Source: a virus. Taken from it: a DNA stretch of 25,380 nt. Of the stretch, positions 18,348 through 25,380 are shown piece after piece; positions within the stretch are counted from its first letter, which is position 1, and the number at the start of each line of letters is the position of its first letter. The position numbers were made by a program, and so were the translations under genes. Under the pieces are notes generated by a model that was not told the origin of the DNA, did not search any database, and saw only the letters and a program-made list of their open reading frames with translations. Location: UHGV virus genome UHGV-0112510, one strand, 5' to 3'.

Positions 18348-19153
18348 TGGCGGATTCGAATCTCAATGTGCCGGTAATCATTCAGGCTACACAGCTCGAC
18401 ACATCAGTCCTTCCACGCAATATCTTCTCGCAGTCGTATCTGCTTTACGTTATCGCACAGGGCACTGATGTTGGTAACGTGGCTAACAAGGCCAACGAGG
18501 CCGGACAGGGCGCTTATGATGCACAGGTTAGGAACGATGAGCAGGATGTGATTCTCGCTGACCATGAGCAGCGAATCAGCCAGGCAGAATCAACTCTTCA
18601 GGAACATGAAACACGAATAGCTCAGAATGAAAGCGATATTGCGTCGCTTGATACCAGAGTTCAGTCGCTCGAATCGCAGGTTTCAGACCATGAAACGCGC
18701 ATCGATGCTCTGGAGTATGCCACTACTCGCAAGAAGTCAGAGGTTGTTTACTCTGGCGTATCTGTAACCATCCCGACAGCGCCGACCAACCTTGTTAGCC
18801 TGCTGAAAACGCTCACGCCGTCATCCGGCACGTTGGCACCATTCTTCGACACCGTTAACAACAAGATGGTTGTGTTCAACGAGAACAAAACCTTGTTCTT
18901 CAAGCTGTCGATCGTCGGGACGTGGCCCAGCGGAACCGCCAACAGGTCAATGCAGCTAACCTTTTCCGGCTCTGTTCCTGACACACTGGTAAGCAGTCGC
19001 AACTCGGCGACAACAACCGACAACATCCTGTTAGCTACGTTCTTCAGCGTGGATAAAGACGGCTTTCTTGCCACAAATGGCAGTACGTTAACCATTCAGT
19101 CGAATGGTGCGGCGTTTACTGCCACAACCATCAAGATAATCGCGGAGCAGTGA
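18347..19153 (+). CDS. tail needle protein, P22 gp26-like, with a C-terminal knob-type extension
   Basis: N-terminus [43 protein letters not shown]... matches the P22 gp26 N-terminus from memory; heptad coiled coil ([37 protein letters not shown]); distinct ~140-aa C-terminal domain. Confidence 0.85.
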   Translation: MADSNLNVPVIIQATQLDTSVLPRNIFSQSYLLYVIAQGTDVGNVANKANEAGQGAYDAQVRNDEQDVILADHEQRISQAESTLQEHETRIAQNESDIASLDTRVQSLESQVSDHETRIDALEYATTRKKSEVVYSGVSVTIPTAPTNLVSLLKTLTPSSGTLAPFFDTVNNKMVVFNENKTLFFKLSIVGTWPSGTANRSMQLTFSGSVPDTLVSSRNSATTTDNILLATFFSVDKDGFLATNGSTLTIQSNGAAFTATTIKIIAEQ

Positions 19154-19608
19154 TGATTACATTCAAACCAACGCGAAACATCGACCTGATAGAAGCAGTC
19201 GGAAATCACCCTGACATTATCGCCGGGAGCAACAACGGTGATGGATACTACTACAAACCTGAATGCCGTTACTTTGAGGTGAACGTGCACGGTCAGTTTG
19301 GCGGCATTGTTTACTATCAGGAGATTCAGCCGCTGACATTCGATTGCCACGCCATGTACCTGCCAGAGATTCGCGGCTTCAGCAAGGAAATTGGGCTGGC
19401 GTTCTGGCGATACATTCTGACTAACACCACCGTTCAGTGCGTAACATCGTTCGCTGCACGCAAATTCCGACACGGTCAGATGTACTGCGCAATGATTGGC
19501 CTTAAGCGTGTAGGAACCATCAAGAAATACTTCAAAGGCGTGGATGACGTGACTTTTTACAGCGCCACACGCGAAGAACTAATCGACTTCCTGAATCACG
19601 GGAGATAG
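19153..19608 (+). CDS. P22 gp14-like head assembly/ejection-associated protein
   Basis: 151 aa from the ATG at 19153 (ORF-track start 19150 is a GTG); position between needle and ejection proteins. Confidence 0.6.
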   Translation: MITFKPTRNIDLIEAVGNHPDIIAGSNNGDGYYYKPECRYFEVNVHGQFGGIVYYQEIQPLTFDCHAMYLPEIRGFSKEIGLAFWRYILTNTTVQCVTSFAARKFRHGQMYCAMIGLKRVGTIKKYFKGVDDVTFYSATREELIDFLNHGR

Positions 19609-19610
19609 CC

Positions 19611-20303
19611 ATGTTATATGCATTTAAGCTGGGCAGAAAACTGCGCGGCGAGGAACCTTATTGCCCTGAAAAAGGCGGGAAAGGTGGCAGTTCTGATAAA
19701 AGCGCAAAGTATGCAGCAGAAGCCCAGAAGTATGCAGCAGACCTGCAAAATCAGCAGTGGCAGACGATCATGAAAAACCTTGCTCCGTTCACGCCTCTTG
19801 CGGAGCAGTATGTTAACCAGCTTCAGAACCTTTCCAGTTTAGAAGGTCAGGGGCAGGCACTTAATCAGTATTACAACTCTCAGCAGTATAAAGACCTTGC
19901 AGGGCAGGCGCGTTACCAGAGTCTTGCTGCTGCGGAGGCGACGGGTGGACTTGGTTCGACAGCCACAAGCAATCAACTGGCTACGATCGCGCCGACACTC
20001 GGTCAGTCTTGGTTATCAAATCAGATGAGCAATTACAACAATCTGGCAAACGTTGGGCTTGGTGCGCTGCAAGGTCAGGCAAACGCCGGGCAGACGTACG
20101 CCAACAACATGAGCAGCATTGCACAGCAAAGCGCAGCTCTTGCCGCTGCTAATGCCAATAAACCATCAAGTCTTCAGACTGCAATTAGCGGTGGCACGTC
20201 TGGTGCGATTGCCGGTGCAGGTCTTGCCAGCCTTTTGGGAACATCAACGCCTTGGGGCGCTGGCATTGGTGCTGGTATCGGATTGCTTGGCTCGTTGTTT
20301 TAA
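19611..20303 (+). CDS. ejection (injection) protein, P22 gp7-like
   Basis: 230 aa, MLYAFKLGRKLRGEEPYCPEKGGKGGSSDKSAKYAAE...; Gln/Ala/Gly-rich; Gly-rich hydrophobic C-terminus. Confidence 0.8.
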   Translation: MLYAFKLGRKLRGEEPYCPEKGGKGGSSDKSAKYAAEAQKYAADLQNQQWQTIMKNLAPFTPLAEQYVNQLQNLSSLEGQGQALNQYYNSQQYKDLAGQARYQSLAAAEATGGLGSTATSNQLATIAPTLGQSWLSNQMSNYNNLANVGLGALQGQANAGQTYANNMSSIAQQSAALAAANANKPSSLQTAISGGTSGAIAGAGLASLLGTSTPWGAGIGAGIGLLGSLF

Positions 20304-20312
20304 GGGGTAATC

Positions 20313-21668
20313 ATGGCTACTTGGCAAGGAACAAACGGCGGATTGTTGGCTGGTATCGGCGGCGTCAACTCAAACGCTCCGAGCGTAAATGACATCGGCA
20401 ATACGCTTCAGCTTATCAGGCAGAACAATGATATTGAGCGTTCAGGCGCTAACAATGTTGGACTGACGGCCTTGCAAGGTCTTTCAGGTATTGCGGGTGT
20501 TTTTCAGCAGGAAAAGCAGGCTCAGCGGCAGAAAGAATTTCAGCAGGCATACGCTAATGCTTATGCGTCTGGTGATCGCGGTGCTTTGCGTCAGTTGGCT
20601 ACTCAATATCCAGACCAGATTGAATCCGTTCGTAAAGGCATGGGATTCATTGATGAAGACCAGCGTAATTCTATCGGTACATTAGCGGCTGGCGCTCGTC
20701 TTGCGGCATCGTCTCCAGAAGCAATGCAATCATGGCTGCAAAATAACGCCAAGGAACTGACTCGCGTCGGTGTTGACCCTAATAACGTTGCTCAGATGTA
20801 TCAGCAGAATCCTTCAGGATTTGGTGAGTTTGTTGATCACCTTGGAATGGCTGCTCTTGGTCCGATTGATTACTTCAATGTTCAGGACAAGATGGCTGGT
20901 CGTGAGATTGATCGCGGAAAACTTGCAGAGACAATCCGCAGCAATCAGGCTGGCGAGGTGCTAACAGCACGAGGTCAGAACATCACGATGCGCGGCCAGG
21001 ATTTATCGATGCAGAGAGCATCAATGAAAGGGTCGGTTGGGAATAATGAGCGTACAGTTCAGTTAGCAGATGGCAGAACTGTAACGGTAGGCGGGAAGCT
21101 TCACGGCGCTGGGGCTAATGCGTTCTACGAAGGTATCGACAACGAGGGGAATATGGTTCGCGTTCCTGCCAGTTCAATCGCTGCTCCTGCAACATCGTCT
21201 GCATCAGCACAAAACTATGCCATGAAGAAGGATATCGACGCGATCGCAAATGCAGACGCTTCTGCTCTCGATTTCATGACAGGAATGACAGGCGGTGCAG
21301 GTAATCCAGCAATTGGTGCTGATGTTCGCAGCCGATTAACGGGAAAAGAGCAGCGCCAGTTATATAACTCAGCACAACGTATTCAGGGCAGAATGCAGAA
21401 TCAGGGTGTGGCGGCAGCAAGGGACATGGGTGCCAGTGGTATTAACACCGTTGCAGAAGCGAAGATGTATTTTCAGGGGATGCCGCAGGTTGACTATTCA
21501 AGCCCGGAGGCTATGCAGCAGTCGATTCGTGAGATTCAGGAATACACCAACAATTACAACCAACAATATAACGTTAATGTTGGTAAATCTCAGCGGAAGC
21601 AATCTCAACCTGCACAGGTATCACAGCCAGCAGCCAGCAGTAACTTTTCTTCACTATGGGGTGATTAA
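20313..21668 (+). CDS. ejection protein, P22 gp20-like
   Basis: 451 aa; order and composition consistent with gp20. Confidence 0.75.
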   Translation: MATWQGTNGGLLAGIGGVNSNAPSVNDIGNTLQLIRQNNDIERSGANNVGLTALQGLSGIAGVFQQEKQAQRQKEFQQAYANAYASGDRGALRQLATQYPDQIESVRKGMGFIDEDQRNSIGTLAAGARLAASSPEAMQSWLQNNAKELTRVGVDPNNVAQMYQQNPSGFGEFVDHLGMAALGPIDYFNVQDKMAGREIDRGKLAETIRSNQAGEVLTARGQNITMRGQDLSMQRASMKGSVGNNERTVQLADGRTVTVGGKLHGAGANAFYEGIDNEGNMVRVPASSIAAPATSSASAQNYAMKKDIDAIANADASALDFMTGMTGGAGNPAIGADVRSRLTGKEQRQLYNSAQRIQGRMQNQGVAAARDMGASGINTVAEAKMYFQGMPQVDYSSPEAMQQSIREIQEYTNNYNQQYNVNVGKSQRKQSQPAQVSQPAASSNFSSLWGD

Positions 21669-23773
21669 TGGCTAAAGCATGGAAAGATGTTATCGCCTCT
21701 CCACAGTATCAGGCGTTAGCACCAGAACAAAAAGCGCAGGCTCAGGAGCAATACTTCAATGAAGTCGTTGCCCCGCAAGCCGGAGAAAGTGTAGAGCAGG
21801 CTAAGCAGGCTTTTTATGCTGCCTATCCACTACCATCAACGAATGAAATAGACCGATCCCAATCAGCAACTCAAAATATTCAACATACATCATCTGATAA
21901 TTCTCTTGCGTCAGGGTATGCAAAGTTAGCTACTCAGCAAAGAGAGGGGCTTGAGCGTTCAGCAGAACAGGGAGCCAGTCTTGGGGCTGCGATGCGCGAT
22001 GCTATAACAGGCGAAAGCCGAATGACTCCAGAGATGGAGAGACTGCAAAATGTCACCTCTGCCCCAGAATTGAACTCACTAAGCATGGATGCCCTAAAGG
22101 CTGGATGGTCTCAACTTTTCGGCTCTGACGCGTCTCAGGAAAAGATTCTTCAGGGAATGGGGGCGACATTAAGGCAGGATGAGAAGGGGAATACTATCGT
22201 TTCTCTGCCATCAGGTGATTATGCCCTGAACAAGCCGGGTTTATCACCGCAAGACCTGACTTCGTTTCTTGCTAATGCGTTGGCGTTTACACCAGTGGGC
22301 AGGGCTGGAACGGTGCTTGGTGCCATAGGAAAATCAGCAGCTACAGATTTAGCACTACAGGGAGCCACCAGCCTTGCTGGTGGAGAAGATATTGATCCGT
22401 TACAAACGGTAATTTCTGCTGGCATTGGTGGTATTGGTAAGGGGCTGGAAAATACAGCGAGTGCGGTTTCGAGGGCTGTTCGTGGTGATATGTCGCCTGA
22501 AGCAAAGGCTGCTGTCGACTTTGCATCGGAAAGAAATCTGCCGTTAATGACCAGTGACATGCTGAAAGATAAAACCTTTATGCAGAGTCAGGCTCAGACA
22601 TTAGGCGAAAGAGTTCCTTTTTTTGGAACCGGTAAGAATCGGCTGAATCAACAACAAGCACGAGAAAATTTAGTCAGAACATTTAGCGATGGTCTGGGTG
22701 GCATTTCTGATAAACAGCTTTATGAATCTGCGACTAAAGGGCAACAAAAATTCATTGAGGCAGCAGGAAAGCGATATAACCGCATAATTGACGCTATGGG
22801 GGATACCCCTGTCGATCTCTCAAACACGGTAAAAGCTATCGACAATCAGATTGCCGTGTTAAGCCGCCCGGGCAAATCTCAGGATAGAGCCGCGGTAAAA
22901 GTCTTGCAGCAATTTAAAGACGATATCACCAGCGGACCAAATGACCTGCGTCTGGCGAGGGAAAACAGAACCGATCTTCGAAAGCGATTTATGGCGTCAT
23001 CTGACACTGTTGATAAAGATACGCTCCAGAAAGCCAGCGATATTATCTACAAGGCATATACGGCGGATATGAAAAAAGCCGTAGCCAAAAATCTTGGAGC
23101 AGACGAAGCCATTAATATGGCAAGGGTTGATCGCTCATGGTCTAAATTCAATGACATGATGGGAAGAACGCGCGTTCAAAAGGCAATAGCCAGCGGCAAG
23201 GCCACGCCTGAGGATGTAACAAAACTCGTTTTTAGCCAAAGCCCATCAGAACGTTCTCAGCTTTACAGGCTTCTGGATGACAATGGTAGGCAAAACGCAC
23301 GAGCAGCCATAGTTCAGAATGCTGTAGATAAGGCGACTGATCCGTCTGGAAATATCAGTGTTGAGAAGTTTATTAATGCGTTACACCGGAACAGGAAGCA
23401 ATCAGCAACTTTCTTTAAAGGCGTACATGGAAAGGAACTGGACGGCGTTATTAAATACCTCAACGATACAAGACACGCGGCAAAAGCGAACGTTCAAAAC
23501 TTAAATGGTCAGCAGCTTTATGGATTGTTAGTTGGTGGTGGCATCATAAACGCAGCAGTATTAGCGGGGATGCTAAAAACGGCTGCGTTTGTTGTTCCTG
23601 CTGCTGGTGCCGTAGGCGGAGCAGCGAAGGCATACGAAAGCCCTGTTATACGAAATGCCTTGTTACGTCTGGCAAATACGCCAAAAGGTAGCACAGCATA
23701 TGACAGAGCGATCAGTACGGTCACACAATCGCTCACCAGAGTCGCACAGGCATCACAAAAAGAAGCTCAATAA
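21668..23773 (+). CDS. ejection protein, P22 gp16-like
   Basis: 701 aa; last of three consecutive ejection-protein genes; hydrophobic Gly/Ala-rich segment near the C-terminus (LLVGGGIINAAVLAGMLKTAAFVVPAAGAVGGAA). Confidence 0.75.
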   Translation: MAKAWKDVIASPQYQALAPEQKAQAQEQYFNEVVAPQAGESVEQAKQAFYAAYPLPSTNEIDRSQSATQNIQHTSSDNSLASGYAKLATQQREGLERSAEQGASLGAAMRDAITGESRMTPEMERLQNVTSAPELNSLSMDALKAGWSQLFGSDASQEKILQGMGATLRQDEKGNTIVSLPSGDYALNKPGLSPQDLTSFLANALAFTPVGRAGTVLGAIGKSAATDLALQGATSLAGGEDIDPLQTVISAGIGGIGKGLENTASAVSRAVRGDMSPEAKAAVDFASERNLPLMTSDMLKDKTFMQSQAQTLGERVPFFGTGKNRLNQQQARENLVRTFSDGLGGISDKQLYESATKGQQKFIEAAGKRYNRIIDAMGDTPVDLSNTVKAIDNQIAVLSRPGKSQDRAAVKVLQQFKDDITSGPNDLRLARENRTDLRKRFMASSDTVDKDTLQKASDIIYKAYTADMKKAVAKNLGADEAINMARVDRSWSKFNDMMGRTRVQKAIASGKATPEDVTKLVFSQSPSERSQLYRLLDDNGRQNARAAIVQNAVDKATDPSGNISVEKFINALHRNRKQSATFFKGVHGKELDGVIKYLNDTRHAAKANVQNLNGQQLYGLLVGGGIINAAVLAGMLKTAAFVVPAAGAVGGAAKAYESPVIRNALLRLANTPKGSTAYDRAISTVTQSLTRVAQASQKEAQ

Positions 23774-23777
23774 CTGG

Positions 23778-23800
23778 TTAGCCATGGATGGCTAATTTTT
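23778..23800 (+). terminator. terminator hairpin at the convergence of gp16-like and the minus-strand membrane gene
   Basis: TTAGCC-ATGGAT-GGCTAA followed by TTTTT (23796-23800). Confidence 0.5.
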
Positions 23801-24211
23801 GTTCTTTGCTCTCATCCATAGGTAAAGAAGGGAAAGAACAAGACAAAAAACAGAGAATAGATAACCTACCTCATATGGTGCGCCAAAAAAATTAGCTATT
23901 GATACGGGCAAAAAAGCTGACGCGATCAAAATTGAAAGGCAAAAAATAAGCCCAGTAATATAGTTTATTAAATTCTTAAATGAGAAACGTTTTGCTTGAT
24001 TTACGGTCTTAACGAACGATCGCTTAACGACGGATAAAAGCAAATAGATGGCGACAGTTGCTAATGCCCCTTTCCACCAGTCTGGATATAGTTTTGCGAC
24101 AATCAGACCAAGGAAAACCATGATGACAGCCTGAGCATTCACACCAACCCTCCCTTTAGCTTTGTTTAGAATGGCAATCATCATATATCCAAGACATGGC
24201 ATTTGGTACAT
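23792..24211 (-). CDS. small integral membrane protein (4 predicted TM helices), moron; possible superinfection-exclusion type function
   Basis: 139-aa minus-strand ORF, convergent with the structural operon; locally AT-rich; four hydrophobic segments; basic C-terminus; no recognised homolog. Confidence 0.7.
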   Translation of the reverse strand: MYQMPCLGYMMIAILNKAKGRVGVNAQAVIMVFLGLIVAKLYPDWWKGALATVAIYLLLSVVKRSFVKTVNQAKRFSFKNLINYITGLIFCLSILIASAFLPVSIANFFGAPYEVGYLFSVFCLVLSLLYLWMRAKNKN

Positions 24212-24335
24212 AGCTTGGGTCGGGATTTCAAATCCGATCCCCGTTGATGGGGCCGTTACAGTACGCGCATATCCGCTTTATGTGAAACAGGAAGATTTTT
24301 CTGATATCACTGCCACAGCAAAACACCAATTTCGA

Positions 24336-24351
24336 GACAAGTACGCGCGCG
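24336..24351. repeat. 16-bp direct repeat copy 1 (GACAAGTACGCGCGCG)
   Basis: Exact match to 24623-24638; a partial third copy (CAGTACGCGCA) lies near 24260-24272. Confidence 0.6.
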
Positions 24352-24361
24352 AGGGGTATCA

Positions 24362-24381
24362 GTTGCAAAAAATTTTGCAAC
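24362..24381. promoter_or_regulatory. perfect 20-bp palindrome GTTGCAAAAAATTTTGCAAC (candidate dimeric protein binding site)
   Basis: 9-bp arms GTTGCAAAA/TTTTGCAAC with a 2-bp centre; 11 bp downstream of direct repeat copy 1. Confidence 0.3.
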
Positions 24382-24622
24382 TACGTCCGACCAGTATGCA
24401 CACGATGGCGGGGGGATACCATAAAACTGTTCTCTACATGAGACAGAGTGGTGGTGATGTGTTGATTATCGGCGTATATGCGCACAGGACGCGCTATGAC
24501 GATGTTTTATGCGGGTACACCAATCACATGTATCTGGTGTGATAAATCGCGTTACATGACCTCTCATGTTGTACTGGTGGTTATCACGACGTTCTGAATC
24601 TGGCCTTTGCCTGGTATTTTGC

Positions 24623-24638
24623 GACAAGTACGCGCGCG
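24623..24638. repeat. 16-bp direct repeat copy 2 (GACAAGTACGCGCGCG)
   Basis: Exact copy of 24336-24351, 287 bp away; flanking context also similar (TTCGA / TTGC before GACAAG). Confidence 0.6.
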
Positions 24639-24984
24639 TAGCATCGAAATAATCGGATGGCGTATGCTGCTGGTAATATGAAGACCGATAGCATTAACCG
24701 TAAGGAGAAAGACTTCTCGATAACGGCAAGGGGGCTGAATTGCGAGGCGAGATTAAGCAACTGTCTTGAACGTAAAAATCATGGAGCAACATGATGGTAC
24801 GATTCATTCCATTCTTCGTTCTTTCTGAGCATTGCGTTCAGGCTTAGTCAAAATTAGTGTTGCGAGCGGACCTATTAGTAATTGTTGGTGCGATGCGTCT
24901 GTTATGGATTGTTATGGTTGTGGCAGGCCTGATTAATATCCAGTATGACCACCAGCTATGAGAGGCCACCTCAGTGGTTCGCAG

Positions 24985-25040
24985 TTGCAGGTTTGCACTC
25001 AGGTTCGCAGGGTTTTGGCTACTTTCACGTGCGAACCTGC
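24985..25040. other. long imperfect hairpin / inverted repeat in apparently non-coding DNA
   Basis: TGCAGGTTTGCAC (24985-24997) pairs with GTGCGAACCTGCA (25028-25040), 13 bp with one G-U; 30-nt loop containing a further GGTTCGCAG repeat; no adjacent T-tract on either strand. Confidence 0.35.
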
Positions 25041-25175
25041 AGAATTGCAAAGGACAACTAAGTCCTCTGGCCAACTCCCGGTTTATGAGCGACACAGTCC
25101 GCCTGGCGCATCGTTTTCGTCGAGTGCGCCCATCAGCTTGTCCATGGACTATCCACCACTCGATATTAAAGCTAA

Positions 25176-25361
25176 TCATTGGTTGCCAGCCCGCGAATCA
25201 AGTTTGTTCTGGATCCAAGCTTCAACCTCCTCAAGCGACCATCTAGCTGATCTACCAATTTTAACTGGCTGTGGAAACGTGCCCGTCTTAACCCATGAGT
25301 AGATTGCCGTTTTCTTGAAGCCCGTTCTGAGCATGACTTCGCTTAATTTGATAAGGCGCAT
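25176..25361 (-). CDS. alpA: AlpA-family transcriptional regulator / excisionase-like DNA-binding protein
   Basis: 61 aa, MRLIKLSEVMLRTGFKKTAIYSWVKTGTFPQPVKIGRSARWSLEEVEAWIQ...; canonical AlpA/Vis-type winged HTH signature; RBS AGAGGAG upstream on the minus strand (plus coords ~25366-25372). Confidence 0.85.
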   Translation of the reverse strand: MRLIKLSEVMLRTGFKKTAIYSWVKTGTFPQPVKIGRSARWSLEEVEAWIQNKLDSRAGNQ

Positions 25362-25380
25362 AGAGGCTCCTCTGCTTTAG

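Noticed and set aside
24162-24542. 126-aa plus-strand ORF overlapping the start of the minus-strand membrane gene
   Set aside because: The only ATG upstream of residue ~79 lies inside the convergent gene's 5' end; no RBS; the frame runs through the direct repeat and palindrome. Cannot be excluded, but not supported.
24844-25179. 111-aa minus-strand ORF starting at the AlpA stop codon, and the overlapping plus-strand ORFs 24958-25302 and 24974-25246
   Set aside because: Translations are low-complexity (Arg/Trp/Thr-rich), mutually overlapping on both strands, span the long inverted-repeat structure, and lack an RBS. More consistent with structured non-coding DNA.
25211-25222. Adjacent BamHI (GGATCC) and HindIII (AAGCTT) sites resembling a cloning-vector polylinker
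   Set aside because: They fall in frame within the AlpA codons for EAWIQ (gaa gct tgg atc cag), a motif typical of this family; no other vector-like sequence nearby. Coincidence.
1-25380. CRISPR array, transposase, IS elements, integrase, restriction-modification genes
   Set aside because: No regularly spaced short repeats were seen. The only direct repeats are a single 16-bp pair 287 bp apart and the ori iterons. No ORF showed transposase, integrase or methyltransferase motifs.

Overview
This window reads as a mosaic lambdoid (pro)phage of an enterobacterial host, almost entirely on the + strand. Order, left to right: a cII-like 3' remnant with an oop-type antisense terminator; an O-like replication initiator with ori iterons inside it, and a DnaB-type helicase; a lambda-type nin region (ninB, C, D, E, an extra ORF, F, G, H, I); a Q-like antiterminator with a candidate pR'/tR'; two tRNA genes (Asn-GUU, Thr-UGU); a lambda-type lysis cassette (S, R, Rz/Rz1); a short accessory region; then an Sf6/P22-type headful packaging and morphogenesis block (TerS, TerL, portal, scaffold, coat, gp4/gp10/gp26-like completion and needle, gp14/7/20/16-like ejection proteins). 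The window ends with a convergent AT-rich 4-TM membrane gene, about 1 kb of repeat-rich apparently non-coding DNA, and a minus-strand AlpA-family regulator. All homology calls come from reading the translations against remembered phage proteins; no searches were run. Best candidates for something new: the 159-aa gene at 8718-9197 (possible DUF2829/Tad2-like anti-defence protein), the structured non-coding block at 24212-25175, the membrane moron, and the small acidic ORF pair ahead of terminase. No CRISPR array, toxin gene or transposase was seen.
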